This document shows positions 57,412-64,000 of a stretch of DNA of 64,000 bases, piece by piece. The notes under the pieces are model-generated. The model did no database searches, had not been told where the DNA came from, and saw only the letters and a list, made by a program, of their open reading frames with translations. Numbering within the stretch: position 1 is the first letter of the stretch; every line of letters begins with the position of its first letter. The DNA lies in the IMG/VR virus record IMGVR_UViG_3300037478_000708, positions 32,001-96,000 of that record; one strand, written 5' to 3'. Made by a program: the position numbers and the translations under genes. Origin of the DNA: a virus.

Positions 57412-57450
57412 CCCGTTCCCCATCACAACGCGGGAGAACTGACACACGGC

Positions 57451-57471
57451 CCGGTGACACGCTGTCACTGG
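57451..57471. repeat. Dispersed palindrome copy 7
   Basis: CCGGTGACA-CGC-TGTCACTGG. Confidence 0.85.
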
Positions 57472-57488
57472 ACGCTCCCGGCGGGGTG

Positions 57489-57517
57489 TAGACACGCCCG
57501 GGGCGACGCGTCACCAT
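57489..57517 (+). promoter_or_regulatory. Putative promoter (TAGAC class, weaker -10)
   Basis: TAGACA-N17-CACCAT. Confidence 0.45.
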
Positions 57518-57560
57518 ACGCCCACTCGACGCTTCCCTAACCGCCCGAGAAGATCTCCTC

Positions 57561-57953
57561 ATGGCCCTGACGCACGTAACCGCCATCCGCAACGCACTCG
57601 CGGATCTCGTCGTGGACGCGATCGACGCGGGCACCGCCGACGCGGCCGGTGACACCCAGATCGGCACGGCGGGCTTCGCCGCGATCCTGGCGGAGATCGA
57701 CTTCGCCAACCCGGCCTTCGGCGCGGCTGCCGGGGGCACCGCGACCGCGCTCGGCGTGCCGTTGGAGGACTCCAACGCGGCCGGCGGCGGCACCGCGTCC
57801 GTCTTCCGCTGCCGCGACCGGGACAACGCCGAGGTCTTCCAAGGCGTCGTCACGGGCACCGGCGGAGGCGGCGACATGGAGCTGTCCTCCACGACGATCA
57901 ACCCCGGTGACGCCGTGAGGATCAACAGCTTCACCTACACGTCCTCGCCGTAA
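57561..57953 (+). CDS. Small Ala/Gly-rich virion protein
   Basis: RNALAD...FANPAFGAA...GTASVFR...G.GGGDMELSSTTI..GDAVRINSFTY. Confidence 0.65.
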   Translation: MALTHVTAIRNALADLVVDAIDAGTADAAGDTQIGTAGFAAILAEIDFANPAFGAAAGGTATALGVPLEDSNAAGGGTASVFRCRDRDNAEVFQGVVTGTGGGGDMELSSTTINPGDAVRINSFTYTSSP

Positions 57954-57977
57954 GGCTCCGCGCTCCGGGCGAATCAG

Positions 57978-59093
57978 ATGTCGGTCGTCCTCGTCAGACC
58001 CGCGCACTTCGTCCCGCTGCCCCTCGCCAGCCAGGTCTCCTACAGCCCCGGCGGCAGCATCGTCGCCACGGACGTTCAGGCCGCGATCGAGGAGCTGGAC
58101 GCCGAGAAGCTCTCGGCTGTCGTCGAAGACACGACGCCGCAGCTCGGCGGTCACCTCGACGTCAACGGACAGGTGCTCGGAGACGGCAGCGCGACGCTGC
58201 TCAGCTTCGTCGAGCAGCCCGGCGCCGTGAACAACCTCGAGGTCGAGAACAGCATCTCGTTGGGTGGTCCGACGCTGCGCGCGGTCGGTTCCGATATCGA
58301 TGTCGACCTGCACCTGCACGCGAAGGGCAACGGCACGGTGCACGTCGACACGAACCTCGAGGTCGACGGGAACATCGTCGTCTTCGGCTCGGTCGACGGT
58401 CGAGACATTGCAGCGGATGGGACGAAGCTGGATGGGATCGAAGCTGGCGCCGCAGCTCCGCCCTACGGCACGACAGACTTGTCCGACAACGCCGTCACGG
58501 ACACGAAGCTGCGCGACTCGGCTGCGCTCTCCGTAATCGGGCGCTCGGTGAACAGCGTCGGCGATCCCGCCGACATCGCTGCGCCCGCGGACGGTGCCGT
58601 GCTTCGCCGCGCCGGTACCGTCTTGGGTTTCGGGACGCTCGGAGCCAACTCGATCGCCAACAACGCGATCGTGAACACGAAGCTCGCGCAGATGTTGGAG
58701 GCCCACGTCAAGGGCCGCGCGGCGGGTGCGGGGACGGGCAACACGGTTGACCTCACCGCGGATCAGTTGCGCGCGATCGTGGCAGGATTCTCAGTGTCCT
58801 TCCCGACCGTGGTGGAGATCCCGTTCACGATCTTGTTTGACGGTGCGGGCGGTTCGACCGCGACGTTCGCGCACGGTCTCACGGACATCGACACCACGCA
58901 GCCCGTCATGGTGATCGCCTCGGTCTACAACGCGGGCCTCACGCTCAACGCCTTCGTTCCCGGCCTCGTTGTCGGCTTTGGCCCGACGATCACGCTGAGC
59001 ATCTTCCGCCTGGGCGCGAACCTTGAGTTCCGTGCGAGCCAAGACCTCAGCACGTGGAGCGCCGTGGCACTCGTCGCGTACACGCCGACCTGA
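57978..59093 (+). CDS. Fibre-like virion protein
   Basis: ATDVQAAIEEL, EDTTPQLGGHLDVNG, VDGRDIAADGTKLDGIEAGA, NAVTDTKL fibre motifs. Confidence 0.75.
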   Translation: MSVVLVRPAHFVPLPLASQVSYSPGGSIVATDVQAAIEELDAEKLSAVVEDTTPQLGGHLDVNGQVLGDGSATLLSFVEQPGAVNNLEVENSISLGGPTLRAVGSDIDVDLHLHAKGNGTVHVDTNLEVDGNIVVFGSVDGRDIAADGTKLDGIEAGAAAPPYGTTDLSDNAVTDTKLRDSAALSVIGRSVNSVGDPADIAAPADGAVLRRAGTVLGFGTLGANSIANNAIVNTKLAQMLEAHVKGRAAGAGTGNTVDLTADQLRAIVAGFSVSFPTVVEIPFTILFDGAGGSTATFAHGLTDIDTTQPVMVIASVYNAGLTLNAFVPGLVVGFGPTITLSIFRLGANLEFRASQDLSTWSAVALVAYTPT

Positions 59094-59097
59094 TCCG

Positions 59098-60639
59098 ATG
59101 CCGACCCTGAAGAGCGTCACTACGACGGCACAGCCTGCCTCGCCTAGTGTGAACGATGCGTACTTTCTGCCGATCGGTAAGACCGGTGCGGCTTGGTCGG
59201 CGTTTGCCGATCACTCGATCGCGACGTTCGCCCCCTTGTTCGGGTGGGTCAATTCCCCGACCGTTCCCGACGTGATCTACATCGTCGAGGACGAACCCAG
59301 TTCGGGCGGTGACCAGTTCTTGATCTACTCCGGCGCGGGTGTGTTTCGGCCGCTGGGGGTACTGACCGGAGACGCCTCGAGCATCTGGTACGCGGCCGAG
59401 TGGGGGGACGATGCTGCGAGCGGTCGTGACCCCAACGATCCGATGCGCTTGGTCCAGATCGCGATCGACGCTGCTGAAGCGGCCGGTCCGACGCAGGCGG
59501 GTCCGAACAGCGTGGTGGTTCTCGACGCGGAACGGCACGTAGAGGATCTGACGGTCCCGTCGTTCGTGAACGTGTTCATGCCGTTCTCGGTGCTGGCGGG
59601 TGACGTCGATCTTGAAGACCAGTCGAGCTTCAACGCGCACATCCACGAAGGCAGCATCGATCGTGTCACGGGAAGCACGGGCGAGGCTTTCTACAAGGTC
59701 GACCGGCAGATCGGCGCCGTCACGAATACGGTCTCGGGTTCGGTGCTGGTCGTTGCGATCGGTCAGGCTCAGATCATCGACACGTCCGCGATAGGGCTCT
59801 CGCTCACGACGGCCGGCGCTTCGATCCGTGGACGGATCGCGAGTCTGCGCGATCAAGGTGCCGCCACGACCACTGGCATCGTAGTCTCGAACGGTACTTG
59901 TGACCTCGCGGTCGGCGCGATCGAAGCCGACACCGCCTACAACGTGAGCGGCGGGACGCTGCGACTCTCGTGCATTTCGATCACGGGGACGCAGACGCAC
60001 TCGGGCGGAACGCTCGTGCGCGACCTCCTGACGGACGGGTCGCGGCCGATGACGGGCGACCTCGATCTCGACGGCAACGATCTCGACCTCGGAGGCGGCG
60101 GGATCCTCGAGGACGGCGCGGCTGCGGGCGACGTGATGGTCCACGACGGGACCCGGTACGTCGGGGAGACACCAACGGGCACGAGCTTCCCGGGGACGCC
60201 GCGCGAGGGTCAGAAGTTCTACCGCACCGACCTCGAGGAGGAGTTCTACTTCGACAGTTCCCGATCGAAGTGGCTCTCGGTGCGGACGCACTGCATCAAG
60301 GGATTCGCTTCGGCCAACAACACGGCACCGGTGTACCTGTTCGTGAACCCCGCGGTGCCGTACGCGGCTGCGATCGGCTGGGTCTGCCCCTGGGACTGCA
60401 TCGTGGTCGAGTTCAGTGCGCTCGTCATGGTCTCATCGACCTGCACGTTCAGCGTGCGCGATGACGGGACGGACGTGACAGGTGGTTCGCTCGCGCTCAG
60501 TAGCCAGCAGAAGCTCGCGTCCGATTCGATCAACAGCAACACGATCGCGTCGGGTAGCACCGTGTCGCTCGCGCTCACGGCGGGCAGCTTCACCGGCGGC
60601 TGCCTCGTGTACGCTACGTTCCGAAGGGTGGAGACCTGA
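59098..60639 (+). CDS. Mosaic fibre/spike protein (DUF2793-like N-terminus, beta-helix-like middle)
   Basis: YFLPIGKTGAAW..; GDDAASGR...IQIAIDAA; DGSRPMTGDLD; FPGTPREGQKFYRTD. Confidence 0.65.
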   Translation: MPTLKSVTTTAQPASPSVNDAYFLPIGKTGAAWSAFADHSIATFAPLFGWVNSPTVPDVIYIVEDEPSSGGDQFLIYSGAGVFRPLGVLTGDASSIWYAAEWGDDAASGRDPNDPMRLVQIAIDAAEAAGPTQAGPNSVVVLDAERHVEDLTVPSFVNVFMPFSVLAGDVDLEDQSSFNAHIHEGSIDRVTGSTGEAFYKVDRQIGAVTNTVSGSVLVVAIGQAQIIDTSAIGLSLTTAGASIRGRIASLRDQGAATTTGIVVSNGTCDLAVGAIEADTAYNVSGGTLRLSCISITGTQTHSGGTLVRDLLTDGSRPMTGDLDLDGNDLDLGGGGILEDGAAAGDVMVHDGTRYVGETPTGTSFPGTPREGQKFYRTDLEEEFYFDSSRSKWLSVRTHCIKGFASANNTAPVYLFVNPAVPYAAAIGWVCPWDCIVVEFSALVMVSSTCTFSVRDDGTDVTGGSLALSSQQKLASDSINSNTIASGSTVSLALTAGSFTGGCLVYATFRRVET

Positions 60640-61073
60640 TGGCCGAGATCGTCGCACACGTCACTTCGTCCGGCGTACCGCTGACGACGCCAACGACGCT
60701 GCCGCGCATCACGATCCGGCGGCTCGACACGGGTGCGGCGGTCGTGACGGCGCAGTCGATGACGGAGGTTGGGGACGGCGCGTACCGCTACACGTTCGCG
60801 CCCGACGCCGCGCTCGAGTACAGCGTGATGGTCGACGCGGACCCGCTCGCGGCTGGACAGGTCGGACCGGAGGAGCGTTACCACTTCGGTTCGTTCAGCG
60901 GCATCACGATCGCTCGCATCGAAGACGACATTCCCCGGATCAAGAAGGTGACGGCTAACCGCGTGGTGGTGAACGGCACCGACACGCAGATGGACGTGTA
61001 CGAGGACGACGACACGTCCATTGCGTTCAGCTTCTCCATCTCTGCCGATCGTCGAGACCGCACGCCGATCTAA
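60639..61073 (+). CDS. Hypothetical virion protein
   Basis: MTEVGDGAYRYTF; VYEDDDT. Confidence 0.6.
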   Translation: MAEIVAHVTSSGVPLTTPTTLPRITIRRLDTGAAVVTAQSMTEVGDGAYRYTFAPDAALEYSVMVDADPLAAGQVGPEERYHFGSFSGITIARIEDDIPRIKKVTANRVVVNGTDTQMDVYEDDDTSIAFSFSISADRRDRTPI

Positions 61074-63334
61074 TGCCGAACCCGGTCAGCGTCTTCGCCC
61101 TTGCGACGCGTGACCTGGCCTACCCGCCCGGGGTGGAGAGCCCGGTCAGCGTCTTTCCGGTTGCGGTTCGCAATCAGGCGTTCCCGCCGACGCATATCGT
61201 CACCGTCGCGGCCTCCGCGGATCCCGCCGACACGACGATCGCCGGGCAGCTCGTTCTCCAGACGGACGTCAGCGCTTCGGCCGGCGCCGTCACGCTCGTC
61301 CTCGACGTCGACAAGATCGTCCAGACCGACGTCGCCGCCTCCGCCGGAGCCGCGACCTCCGTCTCCTCCGCGCAGCTCGCCCTCCAGACCGACGCCGCCG
61401 TTCAGGCGGGTGCTGCGACTTCCGCGGTCGCCGGACAACGGGTCGTTCAGACCGCTGTCTCCGCGCAGGCCGGATCCGCCGACGTGCTCACGGACGTCGA
61501 CACGATCGTCCAGACCGACCTCGCGCTCCAGGCCGGCGCGGTCACGCTCACCCTCGACGTCGACAAGCTGAGTCAGACGGCTGTCTCCGCTCAGGCGAGC
61601 GTCGCGACGAGTGCGATCGCCGTCGACGTCGGTGCGACCATATCGGGCGATGCGCTCGTTCAGGCGAGTGCGGCGACCTCCGCGATCGCCGGGCAGCGGG
61701 TCGTTCAAACCTCCGTCGCGGCTCAAGCCGGCGCGGCTGTCGTTGCAGCGGCGTCGCAGCTCGTCCCGCAGACCGACGTCGCCGCTCAAGCGGGGTCGGC
61801 GACCTCCGCGGTTGCGGGGCAGCGCGTCGATCAGGTCGGCGTCTCCGTGCAGGCAGGCGCGGCCGACGTGCTCACCGACGTCGACGTGCTCCGGCAGACC
61901 GACCTGGCCGTCTTGGCCGCAACGGCCTCCGTCAGCCTCGACGTCGACAAGCTCAGCCAGACCGACGTCACCGTGCAGGCGGGTGCCGCGACGGTTGCCG
62001 TGGTCACGCAGCTCCCGCTCGCGGCCACGGTTGCCGCCTCCGCCGGTGCGGCCACGGTGGCCATTGCGGCGCAGCGAATCGAGCAGGTCGATCTCGCCGT
62101 CCAGGCGGACCCCGCCGCGAGCAGCGTCGCCGCTCAGCGCGTCTCGCAGGCGTCCCTCGCGCCCGCGGCCTCCGCGGCCTCCGTCAGCCTCGACGCCGAC
62201 AAGCTCAGCCAGACGGCCCCCCAGGTCGCCGCAGGGGCCGCAACGGCGCTGGTCGCCGCGGAGAAGGTCGGGGAGAAGGCTGCGGCCGTGGCAGCGGAGG
62301 CCGGCGCGGCGACCGCTGCCATATCGGCAGACCACATCGCTCAAGCCGACCTCGCCCTCCAGGCCACGGCTGCCGAGGTTGCCCTCGACGCGGATAAGGT
62401 CTCCCAGACCTCCCTGGCGCTCTCCGCAGGCGCCGCGACCGTCTCGGCGGCCGGCGACGTCTTCCAGAGCACGGGCACGGTCACCGCGGCTCAGGGGGCC
62501 TCCCAGGCCGTCGTGGCGGCCCAGCGGGTCGTCCAGACCTCCCTGGCGCTCCAGGCGGCATCTGCGACGGTCTCCGTGGACGCCGATCACGTCGGCCTCA
62601 CGAGTCTGGCGGTGGCCTCGGGCGCAGCCACGGCGCTCCTACAGGCCCAGCGGGTCGTACAGACGGACCTGGCGCTGGCGGCGGCTCCCGCGACCGCGGA
62701 CGTCGACGGCACGGTCATCCAGAGCGAGGTCACCGTCGCCGCGCAGGCCGGGGCGGCCACGGTCGCGCTCGACGCCGACAAGCTGAGCCAGACCGTCCTC
62801 GTGCTGACCGCCGACGCGGCCACGGTCACGTTCGTCATTGAGCAGGGGATCGGCATCTCGACGGTGCTCGCGCTCCAAGCCGGCGCGGCTACGACGGCCG
62901 TCCTCGCTCAGCGGGTCGTGCAAGCCGACGTCGCCGCGGTGGCCGGTCAAGCAACGGTTGCGATCGTCGCGGCTCTCAACGTGGAGGCGTCGGTCGCGCT
63001 CCAAGCCGGCGATGCTCTCGCGGAGATCTCCGCGCAGCGCATCGTGCAGACGGTCGTGACGCTCGCCGCTCGTCCTGCGAAGGCTCGCGCGCTCGACTTC
63101 GTGCTGCCGTTCCAACAGGCGGCGCCGTCGGTTGTCTTCCCGGCGGTCACCGGGCACACTGCCACGGCCGCGCCGAGAACCTCGATCCTCTTGGAGCCCG
63201 TCACCACACACGAAGCCGTGCTGTTCCACGTCCATGACCTGCTCGTCGGTGACGAGATGCCGACGGTGTTTCTCGTCGGCGTGACGCTCTCGGCTGCGCC
63301 CGCGGTCGCGTCGATTCAGGGAGTCGTCGTATGA
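61073..63334 (+). CDS. Ala/Val-rich protein with ~21-aa tandem repeats
   Basis: Units like QTDVAASAGAATSVSSAQLAL from about 61259 to 63060. Confidence 0.75.
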   Translation: MPNPVSVFALATRDLAYPPGVESPVSVFPVAVRNQAFPPTHIVTVAASADPADTTIAGQLVLQTDVSASAGAVTLVLDVDKIVQTDVAASAGAATSVSSAQLALQTDAAVQAGAATSAVAGQRVVQTAVSAQAGSADVLTDVDTIVQTDLALQAGAVTLTLDVDKLSQTAVSAQASVATSAIAVDVGATISGDALVQASAATSAIAGQRVVQTSVAAQAGAAVVAAASQLVPQTDVAAQAGSATSAVAGQRVDQVGVSVQAGAADVLTDVDVLRQTDLAVLAATASVSLDVDKLSQTDVTVQAGAATVAVVTQLPLAATVAASAGAATVAIAAQRIEQVDLAVQADPAASSVAAQRVSQASLAPAASAASVSLDADKLSQTAPQVAAGAATALVAAEKVGEKAAAVAAEAGAATAAISADHIAQADLALQATAAEVALDADKVSQTSLALSAGAATVSAAGDVFQSTGTVTAAQGASQAVVAAQRVVQTSLALQAASATVSVDADHVGLTSLAVASGAATALLQAQRVVQTDLALAAAPATADVDGTVIQSEVTVAAQAGAATVALDADKLSQTVLVLTADAATVTFVIEQGIGISTVLALQAGAATTAVLAQRVVQADVAAVAGQATVAIVAALNVEASVALQAGDALAEISAQRIVQTVVTLAARPAKARALDFVLPFQQAAPSVVFPAVTGHTATAAPRTSILLEPVTTHEAVLFHVHDLLVGDEMPTVFLVGVTLSAAPAVASIQGVVV

Positions 63335-63678
63335 GCCAAGGGATCAAGATCCCGGTGTTCGTCGGGAACACGGTCAGGCACACGATCAACCTGCGTCGGT
63401 TCGGTCAGAATGCGCCGGCCGACGTCTCCGGCGCGACGCAGATCCTCTTGGAGTGGGAGCTGCCGGACGGGACCAATCAGGCGCCGATCCCCGTGAGCGA
63501 GCTGGAGCCCGGCGCGGATTGGGCGAACGGTGCCGTGGTGGTCGTGATCGCTCCGCCCATCACGAACGCGCAGGCGGACTACCCCTTCGGGCTCACCGTC
63601 TTCATCGCGGGTGAAGAGATCACCTACGACTGCGGCGAGATCAACGTGCGCAACCGGCCGGGCTACCCGTACCCCTGA
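63331..63678 (+). CDS. BppU-N-like small protein
   Basis: VGNTVRHTI...DVSGATQI...LPDGT...GEINV. Confidence 0.45.
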   Translation: MSQGIKIPVFVGNTVRHTINLRRFGQNAPADVSGATQILLEWELPDGTNQAPIPVSELEPGADWANGAVVVVIAPPITNAQADYPFGLTVFIAGEEITYDCGEINVRNRPGYPYP

Positions 63679-63679
63679 T

Positions 63680-64000
63680 CTAGCTCGCCGCGACGACCTC
63701 GCCGAGGAACCGCAGCGGAACGCGGTACAGGCGATCGTTGTACTTGCCGAGGATGCGCCGTCCGCTCACGGACACGATCTCGACCTCCGGGATCGTCGCG
63801 CTGTCCAGCCGCACGACCTGGCCGGGCTTGAGGGAGCGGCGGAGCTTCTTCTTCTCGGCCTTGTCTTGCCAGTACGCGCGCACGCCCTCGCGCCACTCCG
63901 CGCACGCCACGGGGGCGGCGTCGAGGAAGCGCAGCGGGCAGGAGAACGTGTACGAGCCCATCGACTCCTCCATGTCCTTGTAGCCCCAGCCGTAGCCGCG
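63680..64000 (-). CDS. DUF6927-like protein (5'-truncated by the window edge)
   Basis: Frame is open to 64000: RGYGWGYKDMEESMGSYTFSCPLRFLD...EWREGVR, like GYKDMxExMGP...CP...WR. Confidence 0.55.
   Translation of the reverse strand, partial: RGYGWGYKDMEESMGSYTFSCPLRFLDAAPVACAEWREGVRAYWQDKAEKKKLRRSLKPGQVVRLDSATIPEVEIVSVSGRRILGKYNDRLYRVPLRFLGEVVAAS

Noticed and set aside
614-57471. Palindromes as a CRISPR array, REP/MITE or true matS
   Set aside because: Copies are kilobases apart with no spacers or cas genes; no target duplications or transposase seen; spacer differs from matS.
54560-63334. Diversity-generating retroelement or invertible fibre cassette
   Set aside because: No reverse transcriptase, invertase, adenine-specific TR/VR pair or inverted fibre segments seen in the window.
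1-64000. Stop-codon reassignment, tRNA genes, inteins
   Set aside because: TAG, TGA and TAA all end conserved genes at expected positions; no cloverleaf or intein motifs recognised by eye (tRNAscan-SE would be decisive).

Overview
A high-GC (roughly two-thirds by eye), densely coding segment of a large tailed dsDNA phage (myovirus) with a T4-like morphogenesis plan, almost all on the + strand. Order: tail end of a YodL-like gene; a 2572-aa protein of about 25-30 small basic modules joined by acidic ES[VLI]DE(A)-type linkers; a prohead-core-like protein; two ParB-N/DNA-methyltransferase paralogs (one degenerate); sulfotransferase-like and MazG-like genes; a gp21-type prohead protease fused to a scaffold-like region; a gp23-like major capsid protein; neck/terminator, sheath, tube, chaperone, tape measure, baseplate and spike genes; an antisense HNH endonuclease; and fibre genes. 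No portal, terminase, tRNA or CRISPR array was recognised. Main unusual signals: (1) the giant protein looks like a capsid-packaged polyprotein whose linkers match the L-D-E site at the predicted capsid propeptide junction, suggesting the head protease releases many small cargo proteins; (2) a palindrome with core GTGACA-CGC-TGTCAC recurs 7 times at 7-14 kb spacing; (3) a recurring TAGAC-N17/18-TANNNT promoter; (4) nested domain insertions in the sheath; (5) a probable +1/-2 frameshift in the tail chaperone. All family calls come from motif recognition by eye, not database searches.
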